The position numbers and the translations under genes are program-made. 64,000 nucleotides of DNA from Chloropicon primus (taxonomy: Eukaryota), in contig CP060755.1 in NCBI GenBank assembly GCA_023205875.1, forward strand, positions 744,001-808,000. The letters run 5' to 3'. Positions 20,297 to 30,546 of the stretch are shown piece by piece. The stretch's first letter is position 1, and every line of letters starts with the position of its first letter. The notes beneath the pieces were generated by a model. The model saw only the letters and a program-made list of their open reading frames with translations. It searched no databases and had not been told where the DNA came from.

Positions 20297-22446
20297 ATGG
20301 CGTCGCGGCCGCAGGACTCGTGGACGGTGAAGCCGGACAACTCCAAGGCGGCGTTCGTCCACAGGCCCTGCGGCCTCGACCCTCCGTCCTCATCCTCATC
20401 AGCATCAGCATCCTCAGCTCTGCTGCTGGAGAGGGCGCAGAAGCTCGGGTACGCCAAGGGGGCGGCGTCCGAGTCCCACCCGCTCGGCAACGTCATCAGG
20501 GGGATGGCGTTCGAGGACTGGATGCTCGAGTGCGACCAGGCTCAGGTAAGACCAACAACGTCAACAACAACAACAGCAGCAACAACAGCAGCAACACCTC
20601 GCAAGGAAACACTCTGCTTCTGGAACGCGAAAGCCTGGCAGCAAGCAATTAAACCCTTGCCAAATAAAAGTCTGCGCCCGTTGCGACATCCACCGCCACC
20701 TTTTCTTTTGCTTGGTGCCCGGACCACTCGCTGACAGGCGCAACACACTTCCTCTTCCTCTTCCCTGAATAGTCCTTCAAGAGCTTCAAGGCCACGCCGC
20801 TCACGTACGTGGACGACAAGGCCCTCCTCGAGGTCCTGGCCAAGAAACTCGACGAGGAGTCCGTGATCGCGGTGGACCTGGAGAACCACTCGCTGCACTC
20901 GTACCAGGGATTCCTTTGCCTCATGCAGGTGTCCACGAGGAGGGAGGACTTCATCGTGGACTGCCTGGCGCTGAGGAACGAGGTCGGCCCCGCCCTGGGG
21001 CACATCTTCGCGGACCCGAAGAAGGTCAAGGTCATCCACGGCGCGAACTCGGACATCGTGTGGCTGCAGAGGGACCACGGGATCTACGTCTCGAACCTGT
21101 TCGACACGGGGCAGGCGGCGCGGGCCCTCAACCTCCCCAAGTTCGGCCTCGCCTTCCTGCTCCAGCACTATTGCAACTATAACACCGACAAGAGGCACCA
21201 GATGGCGGACTGGAGGATGAGGCCCCTCCCGGACTACCTGGTGACGTACGCGAGGGCGGACACCCACTTCCTGCTGTACATCTACGACAGGCTGAAGATC
21301 GACCTGAGGACCAGGAAGCTGGTGCCGGAGGAGGCCGAGGACGCGGAGCTCCCCCAGAGCTACCCGCAGAACCTCACCGGCCTGGTGCTGTGGAAGTCCG
21401 CCGTGATCTCGATGCAGATGTACGACAAGCCCGTGTTCACGGAGACGACCTACCTGGACTACTACGCCAAGCAGAGGGTGTCGTACAACTCGAAGCAGCT
21501 GGCCGTCTTCGCCGGCCTGTTCGCTTGGAGGGACGCCAAGGCCAGGGAGCTCGACGAGTCCCCCGAGGCCGTGCTGTCGAGGAGCCAGCTCCTCGACCTG
21601 TCCCGCGGCCCGAAGAGCAGCTCGTGGCAACGGCCGTTCGAGGAGCGGGCCTCGAGGGACTTCTTGGGGCGCATCTGCAGCCGCAAGTCGACGAACTTTG
21701 CGGCCTCGCGCCAGGAAGACCTCTTCCAGGTCATCAGCTCCTCCATCGAGCAGAACATCTCTTACGGGTCGTCTTCCGTTGATGAGACGACAAAGACGAA
21801 GACCAAGACGAAGACCAAGACGAACAAGAAGTCCCAGGGCCCCAAGGATGAGGGGACCGGGCCGCGACCGGAGGTCGTGGCGAGGCTCTCGAAAGGAAGC
21901 GCGGTGTGGGACGCCCTGGACCAAGGCAAGCGGAGCGTGCCAAAGTGCGGAAAGGTGGAGAGCGTCGTGATGTCCTTGAAGCTTCCGTTCCTCCGCGCAA
22001 AGAAGGCCCCGGCGGCGGCGGGCTCGAAGAAATCCGAGGAAGAGCGGCCGCAGGAAGGCGGCCGGGATCCCGCCAGACCCGCCGTGTCGGCGAACGACAT
22101 CAGATCGTGGGCCAACAAAACGAAGGAGGAAGAGGAGAAAGTCCAGGAGCCAAAAACGGAAGGCAAGGAAGCCTTTCCGAAACCTTTGTCCAAGAGGTAC
22201 CAGATGGGAAAGTCGAGGCAGCAGAGGCCTGCGCAGTTGGACAAAGCGTCCGCCGCGAGCGGGGGGAACTCGAGCGGGTTTGACTACTCTGCCGCCCGGG
22301 AGCAGCTGAAGAACCGGAAGAAGGGGAAGAGAAGGCAGAACATGGTCGCTCAAAGCTTTTACTCTATTCCTGACGAGAACTTGGTCAAGCCGGCGAAGAG
22401 GAGAAAGCAGCCGCAGACCGGAAACAGGAGCATGACGTTCAAGTAG
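20297..22446 (+). CDS. RRP6: Exosome-associated 3'-5' exoribonuclease RRP6-like; exons 20297-20545 and 20773-22446
   Basis: PDNSKAAF and HPL in exon 1; intron 20546-20772 (GTAAG, CTGAC, TAG) keeps frame; DEDD-Y motifs AVDLENH, HGANSDIVWLQRD, YARADTH; HRDC WRDAKARELDES; C-terminal GNRSMTFK. Alternative in-frame ATG at 20192. Confidence 0.93.
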
Positions 22447-22603
22447 TGGGTTCCGAGCCAAGCTCATCGCGCGTGCACAAGAAAAGCATTTTTTGTTCTT
22501 TGTCTTTGTGTAAATTAGAGAGAGAAAGAGATTAATCCTAATCCTGTTGTGTAACAACAACAACTGGACAACAACAAGCAACAAAACAAAGAGGCCTCTA
22601 CGC

Positions 22604-24007
22604 CTAGGCCTCTGCTGCACCCACCTCTTCGAAGCACTCCTTGAGGACCTCGACGCACCTGTCAATGTCGCCGCGCTCCACCACGAGCGGGGGAACGAGC
22701 CTCACCACGTTTCCCTCGCCCGCCGTAATGACCAGCAGACCCCTGTCCCTCGCCTTGGCGACAATGGGGCCAGCAGACCTGTCGATCTCGATCCCTACGA
22801 TCAGGCCCTTTCCCCGCACCTCCCTCACGAACGATTTCCCCCCCACTGCCTCGCTGAGCTTGCCGACGAGATAGTCCCCCTTGTCGCTCACTTCCTGGAG
22901 GAAGCCACCCTCCTGCAGGCGCGACATGACGTGGAGCCCCGACGTGCAGACGAACGGGCCCCCAGCAAACGTGGACCCGTGGTCCCCCAGGCTGATCGCT
23001 TCCGCGATCTCGTTGGTCATCAGGACAGCGCCTATTGGGAGGCCGGCCGCGAGGGGCTTGGCCAAGGTCATGATGTCAGGGCAAGCCCCCTCGCCGTACC
23101 ACTGGTGAGCAAACATCTTCCCCGTCCTTCCCAAGCCGCACTGCACCTCGTCGTAAACGAGCAAGGCCCCCGCGTCGTCGCACAGCTTTCTCAGGCCGAC
23201 GAGAAAGTCCCTGGTCGAGGGGTTGCACCCGCCCTCCCCTTGGAAGGGCTCCACAAACACCGCGCAGGTTCTCCCTCTTCTGATCACCTTTGCCGCGCTC
23301 TTGAGGTTGTTGTACTCAGCGAACTTCACCCCAGGCATAACGGGCTCGAAGGGAGTCCTGTACTTCGCCTTGGATGTTAGGGCCAGGGCCCCCATCGTCC
23401 TGCCGTGGAACCCCGCGGAGAACGCCACGAACTCGGTAGGCTGCTGCTTCCTGCCGAGGAGGGAAGGGCTCCCCTTCCCGTTCAGCTTTTGGTACTTCCT
23501 CGCGAACTTGATCGCTGCCTCGTTCGCTTCCGTGCCGCTGTTAACGAAGAACGCCTTCTGTGCCCAAGGGGAGGACGCTTTGCACAGCTCCCTCGCGAGC
23601 AAAGCTGCGGGCTCGGTGCTGTACAAGTTGCTGACGTGCACCAAGGTCCTGAGCTGGTCGGACAAGACGTCCGTCAACTCCTTGTCCGAGTGCCCCAGGC
23701 AGTTCACAGCAATCCCAGAGGTGAAGTCCAAGTACTCCCGACCTTCCGCGTCGAAGAGCCTGCAGCCGTCCCCCCTGACGAAGGAAACTCCCGCAGGCCT
23801 CGCCCCCGCGTACGTCCCCAGGAGGTACTCGGTCTCCAGCTCCTGCACCTCCACGGACGGCATGGACCCCGCTGAGGTCGTCGAGGCCTTGCATCCCAAC
23901 GCCTTCCTTCTCGCTGACGGCCTCGATGCGCTCCTCGCCACCTGAGCCCTAAAACCCACCCTCACCCTGCACCCGTACTCAAACTTGTACAACGTCATCT
24001 TCATCAT
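22604..24007 (-). CDS. argD: Acetylornithine aminotransferase, plastid-targeted
   Basis: YLDFTSGIAVNCLGH, FVNSGTEANEAAIKFARK, FHGRTMGAL, VEPFQGEGG, DEVQCGLGRTG, AKPLAAGLPIGA, HGSTFAG. Confidence 0.95.
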   Translation of the reverse strand: MMKMTLYKFEYGCRVRVGFRAQVARSASRPSARRKALGCKASTTSAGSMPSVEVQELETEYLLGTYAGARPAGVSFVRGDGCRLFDAEGREYLDFTSGIAVNCLGHSDKELTDVLSDQLRTLVHVSNLYSTEPAALLARELCKASSPWAQKAFFVNSGTEANEAAIKFARKYQKLNGKGSPSLLGRKQQPTEFVAFSAGFHGRTMGALALTSKAKYRTPFEPVMPGVKFAEYNNLKSAAKVIRRGRTCAVFVEPFQGEGGCNPSTRDFLVGLRKLCDDAGALLVYDEVQCGLGRTGKMFAHQWYGEGACPDIMTLAKPLAAGLPIGAVLMTNEIAEAISLGDHGSTFAGGPFVCTSGLHVMSRLQEGGFLQEVSDKGDYLVGKLSEAVGGKSFVREVRGKGLIVGIEIDRSAGPIVAKARDRGLLVITAGEGNVVRLVPPLVVERGDIDRCVEVLKECFEEVGAAEA

Positions 24008-24029
24008 CCACTCTCCCACTCTCACTCGC

Positions 24030-24380
24030 TTCGTGTCCTCAAATCCTTCGCAGACCGCCGATGCCTTCGACCGACCACCCGTTCGAAAGCCAACGACGCG
24101 ACGCTTCTCGCCACCACCCTCCCTTTCCCTCCTATTGCCTCGCTCGCTGGCGAGGGACGCCCCTGTCTCTCTCTCTCTCCTCCAGGTGAGGTGAGATGGA
24201 TTGATCTCCCTCTTCGTCTCGTCCTCAAATCCTCACCACTGGGTCAAATCCTTCGACCGACCTCCCGTTCGAAAGCCAACGACGCGACGCTTCTCGCCAC
24301 CACCCTCCCTTTCCCTCCTATTTCCTCGCTCGCTCGCAAACTCCGCCCCTGTCTCTCTCTGTCTCTCTCTGTCTCTCGTC
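24030..24380. repeat. Imperfect tandem duplication (unit about 186 bp) between divergent argD and DPH5
   Basis: ccttcgaccgacc.cccgttcgaaagccaacgacgcgacgcttctcgccaccaccctccctttccctcctatt.cctcgctcgct at 24064-24148 and 24250-24334; gtcctcaaatcct at 24035 and 24221. Confidence 0.9.
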
Positions 24381-24476
24381 GCTGGGCTCAGCTGCTGAGT
24401 GCGTGAGAGGCGGCGAAGGCGAAAGGGGAACGAAGGGACGAGGAGGTGTGAGGTGTGCGGTGAGAGTGAGAGAGAG

Positions 24477-25337
24477 ATGCTTTACCTGATAGGTTTGGGT
24501 TTGGGGGACGAGAGCGACATCACGGTGAGGGGGCTAGAGGTTGTGAAGACGTGCAAGAGGATCCTTCTCGAGTCGTATACCTCGATACTTCCAGGGCTGG
24601 GGAAGGAAAGGCTGGAGGCATTGTATGGCAAGCCGGTGGAGATAGCTTACAGGGAGAAGGTGGAGGAGGACATCGAGGAGGTCATTGAGGAGGCTCGTGA
24701 GGAGAATGTGGCCTTCCTCGTGATTGGAGATCCTTTTGGGGCGACGACGCACAGCGACTTGTACTTGAGGGCGCTCCGCTTGGGAGTCCAAGTGGAGGTC
24801 GTCCACAACGCGAGCATCATGAATGCCTGTGGTGCCTGCGGGCTCCAGCTTTACAAGTTCGGGGAGACCGTGTCAATTGTGTTCTTCACGGAGACGTGGA
24901 GGCACGGGGATAGCTTCTACGACAAGATCCTGAGGAACAACGGGGGGAAGGCTGAGGGCGGGCTCCACACGCTGTGCTTGCTTGACATCAAGGTTCACGA
25001 GCTCAACTTTGACGAGATGATTCAGACCGGCAAGCCTGTTTACATGCCACCGACGTTCATGAAGGCCTCCCTGGCTGCCTCTCAGCTGCTTGAGATCGAG
25101 GAGAGGCGAAAGGACGGGGCGTGCTCCCCTGACAGGCCGGCGGTGGCCCTCGCGAGGGTGGGAGCAAAGGACCAGGTCATCGTGAGTGGCACGCTGGAGA
25201 GGCTGTCCAGGAGCGACGTGGACGACGTCTTGGGAGCCCCGCTCCACTCCCTCATCGTTTGCGGGGAGCTCCACGACCTGGAGAAGGAGTTCTTCGAGCA
25301 CTTCAACATCGACAACCGCAAGGCGCGTGAAGACTAA
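24477..25337 (+). CDS. DPH5: Diphthine methyl ester synthase
   Basis: MLYLIGLGLGDESDITVRGLE, LESYTSIL, VIGDPFGATTHSDL, HNASIMNA, GLQLYKFGETVSIVFF, GLHTLCLLDIKV, GAPLHSLIV. Confidence 0.97.
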   Translation: MLYLIGLGLGDESDITVRGLEVVKTCKRILLESYTSILPGLGKERLEALYGKPVEIAYREKVEEDIEEVIEEAREENVAFLVIGDPFGATTHSDLYLRALRLGVQVEVVHNASIMNACGACGLQLYKFGETVSIVFFTETWRHGDSFYDKILRNNGGKAEGGLHTLCLLDIKVHELNFDEMIQTGKPVYMPPTFMKASLAASQLLEIEERRKDGACSPDRPAVALARVGAKDQVIVSGTLERLSRSDVDDVLGAPLHSLIVCGELHDLEKEFFEHFNIDNRKARED

Positions 25338-25408
25338 GTTTGGGACGTGAAGAGACAACCCCACAAACAACTCTTTATTAATGACAACAAATAAACCGCA
25401 ACTGCCCT

Positions 25409-26101
25409 TCAGCTCGAGTTGCCGTCCGGGCGTTTTTGTTGCTCCTCCAGTATCTCCCTCTGCTTGTCGATCATATTTTGCAGGGACTTGTCGAGACAGT
25501 CCCTTCCAGAAACAATGAGCTTGTTGACGACGTGAGGATCCTTCTCGTACCTGGCAGCCTCGTACTCCTTCCTGGCTGACTCCCGGATCAGATCCCTGCA
25601 GCCAAAAGAAAGGGACAGCGAGTCAGTGTGCCATGGTCAGTTTCTCACCGACAGTGACAGAGCTAGGGGGAACCACGGAGGGAAGGGCTGGACGCGTACG
25701 CCTCGCCTGGCGTTGCGTGGTGAACCACTCGCTGCTGGGGATGAGATAAGGATGGGTGAGAACCTAAAGCTGCTCGTTTCTCCTCACCTGAAAGGTATCC
25801 CGTTGTTATCCGTCCACGTGAAGAACCTCGAGAAGCGCAGAATGTCCCTGTAGAGAGACAGAGACTCTCTCCTCGTTGTCGCCACGCTCTGCTTCGGCGT
25901 GCCCGGAGTGTTCGACTCCTTCGAAAGGTGCCGATCGAGGAACTCCTCGATCTCGTCACTGCTCGAGGACGTCTCCGTGCTCAGGGACCTTCCAACGATT
26001 CCCGTGCACGACACAGATGCTGCTGCCGGAGAGACGCCTCCCGCCATCCCGTGACGCGCCAGAAGCCCTGCCAAGGTTTTCCTCGTCATCATCATCGTCA
26101 T
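25409..26101 (-). CDS. Mitochondrial LYR-motif protein, complex I assembly factor CIAF1-like; intron 25596-25787
   Basis: EEFLDRHL...TRRESLSLYRDILRFSRFFTW spliced (GTGAG, CTGAC, CAG) in frame to DLIRESARKEYEAARYEKDPHVVNKLIVSGRD; resembles the plant LYR protein At1g76060 from memory. Confidence 0.85.
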
Positions 26102-26582
26102 CGCCAAACTCCTCCTCCTCTTTGATTCCCTTACCCTTTGGTGCCTTCACCTGAGGAGGCGCTGCGCGAACAGACGGGAACCAACAATGACAGCGGCAAT
26201 GGAATGGAATGGAGTGGAGTGGAATGGAGCGGAATGGAACACGGCCTTGGCTTCCTTGCTCCCTCCCTCCCTCTCTCTCTCTCTCTCTCCTCCTAATGCT
26301 AATGTCTCTGGCTGGGCTCCTGGCTTTGTATCTTGGTGTCCTCTTCTCTTCTCCTCGTCGTCGTCGTCCGTCCATAAAGTGTCTCGTTCGTGTCCATGGC
26401 GTCCAAGCTCGAGGCAGGAGCTGGAGAACCTTGAGGACAAGACAGTGGCTTGCTTGGTTGCTCGTCTTGGTCCCTTGCTGTCCTGCATGTAAGCATAGTC
26501 CCCAGGCATTTGTGGCCTCGGTGTATAAGAGAGACCCGTCTAGAAGAGGTAGGGGAGACGTCCTTCCCATTGGGCAGACACC

Positions 26583-28356
26583 ATGCAAGGTGGAGACAGC
26601 CTGGCTCAGCTTTACCTTCACGACTTTACGGACGATGAGGAGCAGAAGATATCAAAGGAGATCCTTTCCCTCGTGGAAGCTATTGGGGATTTGGAGGACC
26701 TTCCAGAGATAAGTGCCACCAAGGAGGTGCTCAAGAAGGAGCTTGGGAATGAGGGAAGTACGAGCCAGGAAAGGACAGGGACGACGGTGGCGACGAGAAA
26801 AGCAGGTGAGTCTTGGCATCAGAGAGGGGGTGGGGTGTCGGTCAGCGGACTTACACGCCTGTGTTTCTTTTCGAATTCGTTTGCTTGCGTCTCCTTCCTT
26901 CCCACTAGCGAAAATTGCGGAGCGCCTTATCAGGCTTAATGGTTTCGAGGAGCTCTTCGATTCCCTCAGCACGGAAGGGAACGTGGACAAGAACACCCTG
27001 GTCGTCGTCATCGTCATCCTATCCAGCGGGGAGCTGGAGGACAAGCTGAAGGAGTTGTTCGCTCTCGTGGCAAAGAAGCCGAGCAGAGAGAGGACGAAGA
27101 AAAGGGAGAAGATGGTGGCCACAAGACAAAACTTGGAGGACACTGGACAGCTGGTGCTGACTTGCCTGGTGATGATGAACCTCTCCATGCAATTCTGCAA
27201 CGGGCCAAGGTTCAGGCTCGCCCTGTTTGATCCCCAGATCGTGATGCACGTGGGAAAGAACCACTTGGAGCGGGCCATCAGCGATGTCTGTGACGTGCAC
27301 CTCCTGTCGTCGTCCTTTGAGACGCCCAACCCAACGTCCACGAAGGCTCACGTGGACTTTGACGAATTCGTTCAGATCTGCCTAAACGTGTTCTACAACA
27401 TCGTCGAGTCGTCCTCGATGAAAGTTCTCGAGACGCCGCTGAGGTCCAGGAGTGACCCCGTGCTAAGGAGGTTCACCGACGATGGCCTCGATTCCACCGC
27501 GGAGGAGCGCTTGCAGAGAAGGATCTCGAACGCCACCCAGGATGGTGGTGGTGGTGGTGATTACGGCAGCCAGACGAACACCCCGAGTGGCGACCCCTTG
27601 ATGAATGTGGTGGAGACCCCAGTGCCCCTCCCAGAAGACCTCATGCACAGGAAGAGTCTGAGGGACCTCGCGATGGAGGCCGCGGACGTTGCTGCTGATG
27701 AGGCGAGGGAGGAGGAGGACGCGCCAGAGAACGAGCTTCCGCCCACCATCGCAGGCCTGCTGCAAGATTTTGGCCTGCGGCTCTTCTTCCTCTCGGGAGT
27801 TCGATTCGCCCTGGCCTTGGTCTTCCTAGCAGCAAACGGGTCTCTCATCCTGGTGCTCGTGAACAGGTTCGACTACACCGTTGAAGTTGCCCTGGGCTTC
27901 GCCCTCGTCTTCGACCTTGGCGTTGCCCTCCTTTCGTTCTACTTGGCGTCCAGATTGAAGAAGCTGGAGCAAAACTTGGCGCTGCTGAACGAAGGGGAGG
28001 GCGACGATCTCGGCGACCTTCCGGAGGAGATCGACTCGATCATGCCCGGTCTCGGCAAGCTGCTCCCGAGTTCCTTGGGTTTCTTGAAGGGGTTTGGCAG
28101 AGGCAACAAAAATAAGGGAAAGACCCCGATGAAGACCCCGAAAGCGAAGAAGGAGAAGGACGGGGGATCTTTCATCTCATCGATCTCCAGTTTCTTCGGG
28201 GGAGGCGGGGACGACAAGAAGAAGAAGAAGAAGGGGCACGACAAAAACAAGTCGAGCAAGTCGTCCTTCACCGAAATGGATTTCACTCCCTTCAAAAGTC
28301 AGATGTCAATGCAAGGGCGTCACTCCAGGCAGCCCTCCGCCGAGCTTATCTTGTAA
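26583..28356 (+). CDS. Hypothetical protein with degenerate EF-hand/calcineurin-B-like region, two transmembrane helices and Lys-rich tail; intron 26806-26908
   Basis: In-frame splice GTGAG...TAG; LVVVIVILSSGELEDKLKELFALV and HVDFDEFVQIC resemble NCS/CBL EF-hand segments; two hydrophobic helices near 27770-27945. Confidence 0.6.
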
Positions 28357-28772
28357 CATTAAGAAATATAGTAGTATGTTTAGCCAACTGTCTCCGGTCC
28401 AGCCTCTGATCCGCTGCAGACTTTTCCCTCCAGTTTGACTCCCACCCCCACCCCGAGAGGTTACTCCAGCACGTCAGCCGCGTGGCAATGAGCGTTACTG
28501 CTGGAGTGAACAATAACACCCTAGCAACCTTTCGATGGCATTGCGATCGATTCCCCTCCCCGTCCTACCCCAAGCTCGTCCTCCGTGGTCTTCATCTCTG
28601 GTCTTCATCTCTGCAGACTTTTCCCTCCAGTTTCCTCCAGCCTCCCTTCAGGAAGGAGGATCCTCGATTTCCCCTTGGCTTGCGAGGAGGACACGATATA
28701 TGGTTGTGGTATGGTTGTAGATATCGATATCGTATCGTGCTATCGATGTTCATTGGAAAGAATCTTGATGTG

Positions 28773-28840
28773 CGTCGTCTTCGTCTTCGTGTCGTCTTCG
28801 TCTTCGTGTCGTCTTCGTCTCTTCGTGTCGTCTTCGTGTT
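28773..28840. repeat. Short minisatellite (TCGTCTTCGTCTTCGTG-like units)
   Basis: Directly visible, about four imperfect units. Confidence 0.8.
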
Positions 28841-29251
28841 CTCTTGGTTCGTGTCCGCGGCGCCTTGAGCGAATCATAGGCTTTTTCGTAGAATTTTATT
28901 TCAGGCGGATCCTCGTTGACCCCAGGACGAGGAATAAGGAAATAGGAAAACGACGAGGGTTTGCCTCGTCCTCGCCAAAGCGGGGGGTCGCCCACGACGA
29001 GGACCTTGCTCGTCTTTCGTTTCTTTCCCTTTCCTTTCGTTTCTGTTGCTTCGGCTCTTTCTTCGGCTCTTTCTCACGTGTGGAAAAGGGACGGAGGTGG
29101 ACGACCTTGGACGACTGCTCCGACTGTCAAGCAGGGCAAGGCGCTTGGACGTATTGAAAACCGACGCCGAGGCTGAGACTTGAGGCTCGCACTCGCACAT
29201 CAGACCGCGCCGACGACGGGCTAGAAGAAAAGGGGAGCAGAAGAGAGCGAA

Positions 29252-30546
29252 ATGGGTTGTGGCTCGAGCTCTGCCAAAGGACCGGTAAGTGAACCTTTTG
29301 TTTTGCCTCGAAAGGAGGGACGGACTGGGGGTCTGAATGAGGAAGGTGGGCGAGGACCAAGATTGAGTCTTTGTTCGAACGGACCCCTTGCACGAACCCA
29401 ATGCGTTTGAGGAGCGCGTGTGGAAGTCCAGATGCTGACACGCGTGGGCTCTTCTTCTTCATGTGTATAGGGTGCCTCCATCCGGGTCTTGCTCCTAGGA
29501 GGAGGAGGATGCGGTAAAACCACCTTTGTGAAGCAGATGAAGCTGAATTACAGGGGAGGATTCTCTATGAACGAGACGAGCGGTAAGTTACTGGAGGGGA
29601 CGGCGACGACGCGCGCACAATTAGGGAAAGTGGTTTCAATTCGTACTGACCCACGTCTTCCCAATTTTGTCGTTCATGACCACCAGAGGTGAAGCAGAAG
29701 TTGAGGTCGAACATCCTGCAGCGCTTGGTGAAGTCTCTGAACGACACTGAGAGCGTGTCAGAGGAGTCTCAACAGGCCGTGGAGCTCCTGAGGAAGGCGG
29801 CCTCCCAGGAGTACGAGTTCATGTCTGAGACTGGAGAGCACTATGATCAGCTGGCCAAGGCTGTCATCCTTGCCTGCAACCTGAAGGAGATTCAGGATTA
29901 CAGAGCCGAGAACTACTTCCTTTCCCCTTGGGACTTTGACCTGTTTGACAGCGCAGCCAGGATCTTCGCCAAGGGCTACGAGCCCTCTCACCAGGACATT
30001 CTGATGTGCAGGTCTCCCACGACCGGGCTCCACGAGTACAGCTTCATCGTGGACAACATCGAGCTCGTCTTCATTGACGTGGGAGGACAGAGAAAGGAGA
30101 GAGCCACTTGGGCCAAGGCCATGGAGAACATCGGAGCCGTCATCTACGTGGCGTCCCTTGCAGAGTATGGACAGATTCTTGAGGAGGACAACCTCAAGGA
30201 CAGAATGGTGGAGTCCATGGAGCTCTTCCAGAGGGTCTTCCACAGTCCCAAGTTAGCAAACATTCCAACCGTCCTTCTGCTGAACAAGTTCGACCTGCTG
30301 CAGCAGAAGCTGGAAATGACCCCGCTGAGCTCGGTATTCAGCGAGTACTCTGGACCGAACGAGGTCGAGTCCGCTTACGAGTTCATCTCGAAGAAGTTCA
30401 TCGAGAGGATGGCGCTGAAGCCATCGAACAAGGACTTTGTCTGCCAAAGAGTTTCGGCCATCGACCAAGGTAACTTTATGAAGGTGTTCGCAGTCATCAA
30501 GGCCATGCTCATCTCGTCCAGTCTCAGAGAGTCTGGTCTGGGATAG
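29252..30546 (+). CDS. Heterotrimeric G-protein alpha subunit; exons 29252-29284, 29471-29582, 29687-30546 (334 aa)
   Basis: MGCGSS lipidation start; G1 LLLGGGGCGKTTFVKQMK; G2 DILMCRSPTTG; G3 DVGGQRKER..W; G4 LLLNKFDL; G5 VSAID; helical insertion domain; C-terminal SLRESGLG. Both introns are GTAAG...CTGAC...AG and preserve frame. Confidence 0.95.

Noticed and set aside
28773..28840. Short repeats as a possible CRISPR-like array
   Set aside because: No unique spacers, no cas genes, eukaryotic context; simple minisatellite.
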